A stretch of DNA of 64,000 bases from Azolla caroliniana. Its lineage: Eukaryota > Plantae > Polypodiophyta. Below, piece after piece: positions 39,509 through 52,400 of the stretch. The stretch is taken from positions 15,686,001-15,750,000 of the forward strand of contig JBHGNT010000011.1 in assembly GCA_043228905.1 (NCBI GenBank), given 5' to 3'. The number at the start of each line of letters is the position of its first letter. The stretch's first letter is position 1. The notes beneath the pieces were generated by a model that saw only the letters and a program-made list of their open reading frames with translations, was not told the DNA's origin and searched no databases. The position numbers and the translations under genes are program-made.

Positions 39509-42500
39509 GAAAATGTCCCAAGGCACAATGTGAGAATTAGAGTCGGAAAGTGTCTTGAATTTCTTGAGACAATGGCAACTTCCTAAAATGTGTGGTTCTA
39601 ACTTCTAAATAGATAGGCATGTTGGTAGTTAACATGCTTAGTTATCCTAAGTAGGAAACCCTCATTAGGACAAATTTATTTTGATTAGATGTTAGTTGAC
39701 ATGCTTTATGCTAGCTAAGTATTGATACATAATCAAGATATTGGTTCAAAATTATCACAAATAATTAGAGAGATAATTTCAAATAAGATGTAAATATACA
39801 TTAGTGGTAATTAAGGAATAATGCATAATCCAAACTAATTACTTCTAATTAGGATTACATATTCCCATAAAACACTTCTAATTTTTGTGTGTGTGCTTAA
39901 TGCTCACATTAAATTCTAATTCAGAAGAAGTATTCCTAGCCAGTCACCTTTCGTAACCTTGTGGAACCGCTTTATTACATCGATAAATTAATGATCACTT
40001 AATGATAATTACTTATGAACCATAAGTCACATTAACTAGGGGTCATTACACATTAACTATGCCCAAACCAGAGTAACATTAGGAACACAATTAATGCATA
40101 AAGAGGTACATTAATTGTAGTTCACATAGTGCTAACAATACCTCCATCCATGAGAGTGCACAAAAACAATAACCATGCCATGAGATATGATCTCCTTGTG
40201 AATACAATGAACAGAAGATGCTTCTTCCAAGTCTTGGTGAGGGCACCCATGAGCAATATTTGATAACTATTGCTTCAATGCCTCAATATTCCTTATGTTG
40301 TTGGTACAACGAATAAGGTTATATAAACCTTTAGATTTTGAGCTATAGACCACCTTGGTTATCCCCAAAATGTCTTGATTTGTTGATGAAAGTTTATGTT
40401 AGTAGCTCTTCTTCCTCTTCTTCATAAGGGAGGAGATTGATGCATATCATGATATCCCTATTGACCTCTTTATTATTTTGCCTTGTGAAAAGCATCAAGC
40501 AAAGAAGATTTTGAAGAGTTTGCTTTCCCTTCACAAGGTGCCTTTTTTTCTATCTTTCTTTTTGCTTACTCACTCTAAGGTTCCATATGCTGTTGCTTAT
40601 ATATCCTTTTAAATAACCACAATATGTGTATGTATTACTTTACCAACTCTTTAAAATCTTTTTTTTGTTTTACTTGCTTATTTTTTCTATATTTAACACA
40701 CTACAAAGTCTCCATGATCCACATAGGTATCTCTTGGAGTTGCAATTCCTTTTCTAGACGCATTTTATCTCTCTCCCTTGTTTGAGTAATGGATTCTCTT
40801 TTTCTCGAAGATTCGCTACCTTTTCTTTACTTTTTTATCTCCTTGCAAAAGTGAACCATTATGTATATCACGAGTGACATTTTGAGGGCATGCACAATGG
40901 AAGTAGTTTATACAAATCAATATTTCCCCCTTGGAACTCGAGGTTTGCTCATTGAGTTAGGTTGTCTAATTACATCATAAAATTTGATCTCAAGAACTAA
41001 ATTACTAACTAAAATTTGGTTGTTTTACCACCGTAAATCGTTTCAAAAGTTTCCTATTGTAACTAGAAGGTAATTTATAGGGCAAGACCTCAACTTAGGT
41101 CAATTTATAGTAATCATGGAGATATGGTATACTACATTGGAAACACAGAGTGGCTCATTTACATTTGTTTGGTGGTTGTATATATACATCAAATTCGCCA
41201 CAATGTGTGTCTATGGGATTTAGATGTTATGTCTGTTTCTCGAACTTCTGTACCTATTCCTTGTGATCTTATAATACCAAGGTGTATCTTTCATGGAAAA
41301 AAACAACTTAGGACATCTTGGACAACAATGGCTTAATAGTAACCCCCTAGTGGTAAGTGTTAAAAAGGATAGAAACATCAGTCTATCATAGCATTCAACA
41401 AAAAAATTCTTCAATATTTAACAATTCTCCATTTGACGAGGATGCTTAAGATTCGTTAAATCATCCAACCATCTCGTACACATTAGGTTACTGTATACAT
41501 GTTGAGTACTACATTCGAATCGATGGCATTTCTTTATTACAATATGTATATTTACATTATACAAATATCATTGTGTTGCTTTGGAATGTTTGAAATGTGA
41601 CATACTCAATGATTATTGACTTGGAGTGTCAGTGATAGGTTAGAAGAATTTCTCAATAGCTAACCATACCATTATTGTTTATTCAAATACCTTTTGCACA
41701 TCCAATATCTTCTTATTTTGAAGTGTGTATGTGCATGTGTGCTTGGTGTACATGTATGTATGTGTCATATTCACAATTTGTTCTTGATTTTAAAAGCTTA
41801 ATATAACAAGTATCCAAAAGTCAAGCGCACACAATAAAATTATATAATATCTTCCATGATCAAATATGCATTACTATGAAAAATCCCATTGAGATACCAA
41901 AATACAAAACCACCAATATAAAGACAAAGATACGTAGAAAAATACACTTCCAATATAGCAGAAATGCAATTTCTCACATGAATGAGAAGGTGATAGTATA
42001 TCACATGTGCATATGGGAGGCAAAATTTTGAGCACTTACATCATTAGTATTAAGCAAGGGTATCCACTCTCACCAAATCTCTTTAGTTTATGCCTTGATC
42101 AAATGCAACAAATGGTTGAGGAGTTTGTATAACAAGAAGAAATTGAAGGGGTTGACATTCCAAATGTTGTCATCTTGCTTTTTTTGTACATAGAAATCTC
42201 AAATACTTCAAAAGATGTCCAAACGCAATTGAGTGGCTTGGAACACTTTGCGTGCACAATAAGTTGAGTTTGCCACTTCGTTATAATCCCAACCAACTAG
42301 GGCTAGTTTTGTAAATAAATTGTAAATCGTGTATCAATATTTACACAACTCAAAATTGGACAATAAAAGTTCTTAGATTTGAAAGGGACATTCAATTAAG
42401 AGACTCCCAATAATGCCCCTCTATCTCAACCAATGGTGGTATATTGTTCCAACATCCATGTTATTAGGGTGGCTACAACACGGAAGAACATATCACTTCC

Positions 42501-42869
42501 TTTCTCCACTTGGTAGACATAAACAAATCCCAACTCATGGAGTTTTGATTCTTGCTCAATAGTTGGGATGCTAGTTGCTATAATTAGTTCCAAACAAGCC
42601 ACTTCCACACAATTGACATGGTTTGAGTGGAATCTTTGTCTATGTTTGACAAAAATTTGTGAGTGAAAGAGGCATGTCAGTAGTTCAACACCCCATACCA
42701 TATGCCTTATGAAGAACTCCCCCAATTTCATCGTGCAGTTTCAATAACTCTCACTACAACTACCACAAAGGCCCCACAAGGAAGAACTTAAAGACACCTT
42801 CTTGTATGGTGGTCTATGAACCTCTCTACACCATTATCAACATCATTAACAACTCGATGAATATGCCAT

Positions 42870-42950
42870 CAAAAGAGCTCACCCAATTGGTGAGGGAATA
42901 ACAAGACATCTTTTTGTGGTCTTTTGAAGATATGTGTGGGTTGGATTTAG
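42870..42950 (+). mobile_element. Degenerate Tat-like gypsy RT fragment
   Basis: ELTQLVRE*QDIFLWSFEDMCGLD resembles the LxxYxDVFAWSYEDMPGLD motif. Confidence 0.4.
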
Positions 42951-43174
42951 AGCTCTTTTATACAAGCTATTAAATGAAAACCTGATTAGATGAGCCTTAT
43001 AATTTAAGCGTCATACTCAAATATCCATCCAGAGGGTTGAGCACATATACGTGTGCATTATTTTGACATCAAGAGTTTTATTATAGATAGTAGCCACCCT
43101 TCTTAGGAAGCATTCACATACAAGATGATATGTCCATTAGGCCTCATAGGTTTTAAAATTGGCCTCACAGATTC

Positions 43175-43210
<36 letters not shown>

Positions 43211-43211
<1 letters not shown>

Positions 43212-44616
43212 ATTTGGGAATGGTGTCGTTATGCTTTTGCTATATGCGGATGATGTAGTGCTTTTTGCAAATACTTTAGGAGATGCACAAAAGCTTATCC
43301 AGGTATTGAAATGTTTTTCCATTCATACTATTTATTTATTTATTTTAAAGGAAGATGCACCTTAGTATATTACTTGAAAAGTCTACATAGGAAAAACAAA
43401 AGGAGACATTTCATCTCACTTCTTTTTGTAAGATACAAAAGCTAGTACATCTGATCAAACAGATGATGCATACTAAATTAAGTGTCAATAGCTCTAAAAC
43501 AAAGATCATGCTTGTGAAGAGCCAAAAAAACATAAGTCATGCATTATGTATAGTAATGAGCCACTTGAATGTGTGGAAAGCTTCAAACATCTTGGCCTTG
43601 AGGTTCCTTCAAATCACAGATGGAATGAATGTGCTACACACCGCTTAGAGGCAGGAAAGCAAGCACATTATGCATTTGAGAACAAATGCAATCATGGAGA
43701 TATTAAGTGTTGGGTCCTCAAGAAATACCTTTTCGACACTTTGGTGACACCGGTGCTTCTCTATGGCGTGGTAGCATCCCTAAATCTACTTGGAAAGAGT
43801 CTGAAAATGTCCAAAAACAAACACCATACATTCTCCTCCTCCTTGAGATGGGATCACTTCCCATTGCGATCATGGCCATGGAAAGGGTTGTTGAATATAT
43901 GATTAAGGTTCAAAAAAATCCCTCACACCAACTTCCTAGAATTGCATAGAAAGCAAGCAAAACGATCCAAAAGACGCATAAAAGCAAATTTTTGTGTTCC
44001 GGTTGGATGCAAGATATGAAAAAGTGGTTTGGTAGATGGGATGCAACACATTTGCTTCATGATGCATCACTAAATTCCTTTGTAAATGAGGCCTTTTTGC
44101 AACACCAATGTATCATGACATGGGAAAAATGTGGAGGCTCACGCTTCACACATTATACTACACATGTTGCACCTAATTACGCAACCATATTCTTCGCGGA
44201 ACGGGCAAACCATACACATTGATACATGTTAGAGCCCATCCCGTTGTCAGCTATTTGAACCATTGCTTCTATGCAACTTAGCTCACATGCATTGCGATGT
44301 GAGAGGGGGCGTTGGGGCACAAGTGATGAGAGTGGTCGACGATGCACACTTTGCCCTAAACAAGTTCGAGAGTCCAAGCATCATACTTTGATACAATGCT
44401 TTGCCTTTGATCATATTCGACCATGCTTTCCACACATCTTCGACCAAATCCAATCCTTGCATGAATTTCTCTCACGACCACAATGTGCACTCTCGATTGC
44501 AATATTCATTGGTAAAGTTCTTGAACATCGAGAGTCGCTACTCACTTTCAAACGTATCACGTGAAATGTAATATTTTTGGTCTCATAGGTCATATTTGAC
44601 CTCTAAAGACGATAAT

Positions 44617-44620
<4 letters not shown>
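43211..44620 (+). mobile_element. 5'-truncated RTE-X-like LINE
   Basis: LLYADDVVLFA, FKHLG, LFDTLVTPVLLYG and SSHALRCERGRW...RCTLC...ESKHHTLIQC. Flanked by (TC)n at 43178-43210 and 44621-44658, followed by (TA)n. Confidence 0.85.
43331..43465 (-). mobile_element. 135-bp retroposed insert (LINE 3' end or SINE) nested in the RTE-X RT
   Basis: TSD AT(T/G)CATACTA at 43321-43330 and 43466-43475; (TAAA)n tail on the minus strand. Confidence 0.7.
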
Positions 44621-44709
<89 letters not shown>

Positions 44710-46092
44710 GTCCCCCTTCTTAGGAAAAAGTCACATAAAAGATGATATGTCCCATAGGCCTCAAAATAGGCCTCCTCACTTAGTGAATGCACATTGGAAT
44801 ATGATAATAGGACTTCATATATTGACATCAAATGTATGAAAAAGTTTAAATGTGAGAAGGCCATTAATAAAGATCATAAATGTCAATTGTATTTGCGTTG
44901 AAATCTTAAACGAGTGCCAAGGTGTTCTAGGATATGTTACAAATGACAAAGATACATCATGGTGCCACACTAGAAGGAAAATGAGAAGCTTTTACGAAAG
45001 TATTTTTCTCATGCACAAAAGAATGCTTCTCAGCCTAGGACATACCTTGCAAAGGCATCAAGAAATGCAATTCAAGGAAAAATATGGTTTGGAAAGAAAT
45101 GTTATGACGCTCAAAAAAACCTTTAGAGTTTAGATGTAGACAAGGATAAGGAAAATTATGAAAACCATTAAACATCAATACAAAATACTTATTCAAAGAA
45201 AGAAAAACAATATGGGAAGGTACTCAACAATTTCTCTGAACAGTATGACAGATGTACCATGGGAGAAGTTGTGGAACAAGCCATCTTCTCATCTTGTGAT
45301 GAAACGATGGCCATGGATGAGGCTAAGAACATGAAAGTGACAAATGTCACCCCAAGAGTGGGCGAGCATTTCAGAACCTCTAGCAATGACGATGCAAACA
45401 TAATCAAAGCTTGCGTGATCAAGGTGGTCAATGGGTATGAGGCTTATATGGTTGAGGAGATAGCCACAGACAATGATGCAAAGACGAAGGTGGTTATGGA
45501 CATTATGACTAAAGAGGACAAATAGAAATGGGCTTCGTCTTCTTCTCAAGTGTACCATCATTTACCTCGACTCCTACATTTGCATCGTCATCTTTCATTC
45601 ACGTCGACTTCTTCATTGAACGTGTTGTCGCCTACATTTCTGTCAACTCCATTGTTCGTGTTAATTCCTTTGTTCATGTCATTTCATACCATCACGTTGT
45701 TTTGTACGTTTGCGTCATCGCTACACAAGGAGAACAACAAAGCAATGAAAAGAATCTTCTCACTTGGCAAATGTCCTCCTTGGTTTAGGTCCCCAATGAT
45801 CCCCTCAAGTAGCACACGCAAGCACATTTTTACGCAACAAGGTAACGTTGGTTCCATCACTCTTTTACCAGTTAACTCTATATACACTTTTGCTATGGCT
45901 CCAGGGGTACCCTCTTAATAGCGGCACTACGTACAAGTCTCTGCCTCATTCTTCAACAAGCACAAGTCAAAAATTATATTCTCCTCCCACTACTCGAGAG
46001 ATCACGGTTTCATGCTTTGTTTCACAAATAACTATGTGTAAAGAATCGGATATGATTCTTGTGAAGCGGAAGAGATGTGAGTTATGTGTGTG

Positions 46093-46164
<72 letters not shown>

Positions 46165-46741
46165 AGTAAGACACAGAGAATACGCAAGGCAAAAGTATAT
46201 TAACAAAGGAGAAAGACTCGACTCTAATACAAGGTGGGAGGAGGTGCTTTATATAGTCACCCTCTCTCTTCATTAACTACAAGATTCATGGAGCATGGGG
46301 AATGTGAAAGCTCATAAGTTATGTGTCATAGAATATGATTCTATGACTCATACTAAATGCTAGAATACAAAGAGGTGACATAATGGTGACTCTTGACTGT
46401 TGGAGTGTCTATTCACTCTCAAGGTGAGTTCACACACTAGACCAAGTTGAGCTTGATTCTCAACACGCCCCCTCAAGCTCAAGTCGGGTCGGTTTCAGAC
46501 GGTATCCGAAATCCGCTTCGACTCGCGTTCCGGAGTCCGCGTTGACTTGCGTCGACTCGCATTTATGTGGACTTGCGGAATCCGTGCTCCAGCTTGCGTT
46601 GTGTGTAGTTGCGAAGTCTCTGCTTCGGCTTGCGTCTTTCTTCGCGGCTTTGCGCGGTAGATTGGCTCTTCGTGGCTTCGTTGCGTGGTTGCGTAATCCA
46701 CGCGTTATTGCGTAATGTGCGCGGTTTGCGGAATCCACGCG

Positions 46742-49430
46742 TTATTGCGTAATGTCTTCAGTACTCCCCCTCAAGCTTGGTAGGTCAGGGATCGTCAATT
46801 CGAGATCGGTCATGAATTGCCATAGCTTGTCGGCTCCTAAGGCTTTAGTGAAGATGTCGAACGTTTGAAGATTTGTGCTAATGTGTTGTAGGTCGACATT
46901 GCTAGCTAGAACGCGCTCTCGGATGAAGTGATAGTGCACTTCAATGTGCTTTGTCCGCGTGTGAAACACTGGGTTTCGAGCCGATAGATACTGCTCATGT
47001 TGTCGCAGTAAAGGGAAGTAGGATCCTTGATGGGTACGCCCAAATCCTTCAAAATCCTCTTGAGCCATACGGCTTCACACGCAGCTACGGCTACGCCCCT
47101 GTATTCCGCCTCCGTACTCGAAAGAGCGACGATAGGCTGCTTCTTGCTACTCTAGGATATTGCTCCGCTGCCGAGGGAGAAAACAAATCCGGAGGTTGAT
47201 CTTCTATCATCCTTGTAGCCGGCCCAATTGGCATCTGTGTACCCCTCGAGGCGTATTAGCATCGCGGTTTTATAGAGGATGCCGCAATCCATTGTGCCGC
47301 TCATGTATCGTAGAACTCGCTGAGCGCAATCCAAGTGAGTATCACGCGGTGTTTGCATGAATTGGCTAAGGAGACCGACCGGATAACTGAGATCGGGTCG
47401 TGTGATCGTGAGGTAGATGAGACTCCCGATGAGTTGCCGATACTGAGTCGGCTCACACGCTTTGGTGCCGGAGTTCACATCGAGTTTGAGATTGCGATCG
47501 AGCGGGGTTGCCGCGGATTTGCACTCAACCATCCCGAACTTGTATAACAAGTTGAGTATGTAGTGCCGTTGAGAGATCATGATTTTGGCTGGAGTCCGAA
47601 TTACCTCGATGTCGAGGAAGTAGTGGAGCTCCTTCATGTCCGTCATCTCGAACTTGTCGGAAAAGAGGGATTTGACCTTATTGATTTCGACGAGATGCTC
47701 ACCTACAATGACTAGGTCATCCACATATAAGATGATGACGATCGGACTTGCGGAATCACTTCGTATGTAGAGGGAGTTGTCCGATTTTGACATACGGAAG
47801 CCGATTTGATGAAGATATTCCGTTATCTGCGAATGCCAAGCACGCGGTGCTTGCTTGAGGCTGTAGAGTGGCTTCTTGAGTCGGCATACAACTTTTGGAT
47901 GGGTACTCGAGTTGAAACCATGTGGTTGGATCATGTACACCTCTTCTAATTCGCCTTGTAGAAAGGCGTTCTTGACGTCCATTTGATGGAGGTGCCACCC
48001 TTTCGCTGTGGCAAGTGCAATTACGGTCCATACCGTCATCATCTTTGCCACCGGGGCAAAGGTCTCCTCATAGTCAACTCCATGCGTTTGGGTGTAGCCT
48101 TTCGCTACGAGTCGCGCTTTGTAACGGTTGATGGAACCGTCAACGTTGTACTTCACTTTGTAAATCCATCTACATCTGATGGCCTTTTTGTGTGGTGAGG
48201 TGGGAATGAGATCGCACGTCTCGTTCTTGCGTAGTGCCTGCATCTCCTTGTTCATGGCTTCGATCCATCGCGGATCCTTGGCTGCTTCAGAGAATGTTTC
48301 CGGCTCGTGTATTGTCGCCACTGTCATCATAAACGCATAATGATATGCCATGTAGTCGTTGTAGCCGAATCGGCTGACCGAATTCTTTCCACGGGTGGAG
48401 TGACAGAGCTTTTCATTTGCAGAAATGAGGGCTTTCTTAGCTCCGATTGGAACATCAAAGCCGCTGAACTTACTGTCGAGTGACTGAGTTGACTCATCGT
48501 ATTCAAAGCGATCGTCTTCGTATTCCGACATTTTTGCCTTGCCTTTGTCCATCTTCGGGCTGGGCCGTGATGTGCTTTGATCACTCAAAGGTTCTTGTGG
48601 TCCGCTCAGTCGAGTCGTGATTGGACTTTCTTCGAACATGCGCGTAAGGCGATGTTCATCCTCTATCTCTTGTTCGGCGGATTCCGGGTCGAGCGGAGTT
48701 GGAGTCGGAGTTGTCTCTGGTGCGTACCAGGATGCAGACTCGTCAAAAATGACGTCTCGACTTACTCGAGATTTTCGAGTTGAAGGGTTGTAGCACTTGT
48801 ACCCCTTTTGCTCTAGTGAGTATCCTACGAGGATACATTTCTCCGACTTTGGGTCAAGCTTTTGACGCTTCTTGTTGGGGATGTGCACGTACGCTATCGC
48901 GCCGAATATCCGGGTGTGCGATAAGTTCGGCTTCTTTCTCAAGTATTTTTCGTGCGGAGTGACCTCGTGCACGCCGGATGTTGTGCACCGGTTCATTAGG
49001 TAGACAACCGTATTTGCAGCTTCGGCCCAATAAGACTTGGGCATATGCTTCTCATTCATCATGGCCCGCGCTACTTCGAGGATGTGCCGATTTTTGCACT
49101 CAACTACTCCGTTTTGTTGCGGAGTGTGTCGGCAAGTGAATTCTCGCCGAATTCCTTCCTTTCGGAGATATGCCGTGAAATCCTCTGAGAAGTACTCCTT
49201 GCCGCCATTCGATCGAAGGCATCATACATGTCGGCCCGTGGCTTTCTTGACTTCATTCTTGAATTTTTGGAAGTGTCTGAACACTTCGCTCTTCCGCCGC
49301 ATCGGGTAGATCCAAGTGTGCCTAGAGAAGTCGTCGATGAAGAGCACGTAATATCGGCATCCGCGGAATGTAGCCATCTGCGCCGGTCCCCATACGTCGG
49401 AATGGACTACGTCGAGTAGACCTTTGCTCA
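46742..49430 (-). pseudogene. Copia integrase, RT and RNase H, disrupted
   Basis: VHSDVWGP, FIDDFSR, KLDPKSEKCILVGY, YKARLVAKG, QMDVKNAFL, LYVDDL, YTDANWAG, HTRTKHIEVHYHFIRE. Confidence 0.93.
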
Positions 49431-49433
49431 CGT

Positions 49434-52400
49434 TGTCATGAAGAATTTCGGCTAGAGGCGGAAACCGGGAAATGTTGGCTACATCGACGGGGTGCAGCAT
49501 GTGCGATCACCCTTGTACATTTAGTGTGAATAACGAGGGTGCCTTATGGCACCGAAGAGTAGTCAAGTCGGGACAAAGAATCCCATGTAAATCGGGATTT
49601 ATCCCACATTGTAACGCATCCCTCTCCTTGTTCTATAAAAGGAAGGGAGTGCCCTTTGTGAAGGGGTTGCCCGTTTTTGTGTTAGAGGGTATACCGTTAG
49701 GTTTAGAGTTAGTTTTCTTCTTCTTCTTCGCGGAGAGGTCGACCGTTGAGGGTTGTCTCTGCTCGGTCTCCTGTGCAAGACCCCGCTCCGCGTGACGAGC
49801 CCGAGAGCTCCCCGGACGGCGGCTTGGCAACAGACTACTGTTGTAACCTACCCTACCATGGTTCGGCTCAAAGCCGGGAATGTATTCTTCCCCATTGTAA
49901 TATACATAGTAGTATCCATCTGTGCATACTCGTGTCTTTGTTTGTGTGGGTGTTTTGGTGTTCCCTTCCCTGTGTTTCTGTACATAAGGGTGTGAGTTGG
50001 TTCAGCGCGGTGTGCGTGTGTGGGTGTGAGTCAGAGTCAAGCGCGCGTTCTCTCTCTTTCTCTCTCCCGTTCGGTGGCTTCCGGAACCCGCTGGGAATCG
50101 TCTTCTCGGCTTCCCTTCTTCCCTAGTCCAAGACCCCCGTGGTCCCACCCTTCTACACACACGCGCGTAACAACGCGACATCTTTGGTGAACCCGACGTG
50201 AAGAGGCGGCAAGGGAGGATGGAGTCAGAAGACGACGACCTTGCGGTGATGGTGGCCGAAGTGGTGTTGGAGTCGGCACAAGTGGTGATGAGGCGAGAAG
50301 CAGCGCAACAAGCGGTTGAGCGAGTGGTCGAAAGAGTCGGCTGTTTCAACGGGGACAAAGTACCATCTTACTTGGGAGCCTACAACGCGGATATAGAGGA
50401 GCGTGGCGTAGACGAGGCGTTGAGGCTGGAGTTCTTCTGTCGGGTCGTAGCTGTCTGGATGCATGCGGAAGTAAAGAAGCTCCGTGAGGCTCATAGTTCG
50501 TGGGAGACCTTCGAAGAGGCGCTCCTGAAGGCATACGGAGGACGACGGAAGAGCCGGGGACGACACGACTTCGACCAGTGGGTAGCATCGGCAAAGACCC
50601 ACTGGGGCGCGACCAAGGCGTTCCGAGAGTTCGAGCGACGGCTTGCTCGGCTCCTGGAGCGGGAACAAGGTTTGGTGGGGGCGGACAAAGTCCTATTGTT
50701 CGTCAGGTCGATCGACCGAGCGGAACGGGAGGCCATCGGGATTGAGCTCGAAGACGATGATGGAGCGAATGGCCTCACCAAGGACTGGTCGAAGGTCGGA
50801 AGGGTGTGCCAACGGCTAGACGATGAGCGAGCCGAGAAGGCTAAGAGGAAGGCGCACGACGGCGTGCCATCACACCGGGAAGAGGCCGAACGGAAAAGGG
50901 AGTTGGCAAGGGTCAACATTGAGGTCAGGATCGCAGAGGCGTACCCAGCTCTCGAGGCGATGCTCGAGGAAGAGGAAAGATCGAGGCCTCAAGCTGAGAC
51001 CGGGGAGACGATCATGCCCCATGAGATGGCGGAAGATCAGTACGACGGTACCACGGGAGAGGGTGCGGAACAAAACACCCTCTCGACTTGCGGAGAATTG
51101 CCGACCGAGGACAAGGTCGGGAGCGGAGAAGAGCCCTCCACGCGGATTCCGGAGACTCCGGCGGTCGTGCCCGTGTGCCGACATGAGACCGGAGAGAAGG
51201 GAGGCGCCAACGAGGAGTCCTGGCACAATGCCAGCGAAGATGGATGGGAAACGGCCTGCGAGGAGGCCGAGGACGGAAGCGGCACGGGAAGATCGGCATT
51301 TCGATTTGGGTGGAGCGTAATCCGGTCGTGGATCGTTCGATCGGGGCCGGATTTGGCATGAAAGTGCCGATACGGAAGAGGGTGCGGGACGAGCCGCCCT
51401 CTTTTACATGGGGAGAAAGACCGACCGGGCGAAGGTCGGGAATTGGAAGGGAAGTGATCAAGGGTTCAGAACGAGTCCGGAGAGGTCGGCATCAGAACCA
51501 AAACTACGGACAATGAAGAACCAAGCCCGGGCGGGGCTTGGTTGATCACAGACCAGATGCTTCTTACTGAACGTACTTTGGAGCAGTACTCCGAACGAGC
51601 GTCCGCAAATCGTTACGGGACGGAAGCACCACGTATTATCCGGAGACTCAGGCAGCCGGTAACGAGCGCCGACGTGAGACCTAGAGAGATGGGAGATGGA
51701 GGCGGGAACGCAGTAAGGAGAGCAACGACAAGTTCGGGAGAAGTACAAGGGATGAAGAGGAGAATGAAGGCCGGTCCTACGGAGATCCTTACACCGATCT
51801 GGCTGTCGGCCCGAGTGCTAACGTGAGTCCTATAGGAGAGATCGGTGGCGACAGGAGAACTGGACCTGGCAATCTAGAGAATGACGGACGGACCCGAATG
51901 AGAACCGGGCGAAGCGGACTTCCAGAAACCCATTTCGGGAGGGAGGAAGAGAGCAGGCCTACAAAGAGGCCGGGAACACGGTACGTCGGTACCACAGGAG
52001 AGGGTGTGGAGCGACCCACCCTCTCGACTTGCGAAAGAAGGAAGACCCGAGAGAAGGGTTAGGGACACGAGGAGCCCAAGGAGGATCCTTCACACCGGTT
52101 CTACAAACACCGGCGGTCGGCCCGAGAGCCGGCGCGAGGCCTAGAGTGACGAACGGTGGCGGCGAGGGGACGAAGGCAAAGGGCTACGGATGGGCGGTCT
52201 ACGGAGATCCTCACACCGATCCGGCGGTCGGCCCGAGTGCCGACGTGAGTCCTATAGGAGAGATTGGTGGCGGCAAGTGAACGTGACCAACAGAAGAGGA
52301 TGGCGAAGGCAGAGCGGTGCAGTTGCGACCTTACACACACCGGTTCTAGAGACTCCGGTAGCCAACGACAAGAGGAGGCATGAGACCTAGAGTAAGGAAT

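Noticed and set aside
45130-46036. Possible older copia remnant with PBS-like TGGTAAAAGAGT on the minus strand
   Set aside because: No recognisable protein motifs or LTR pair could be confirmed.
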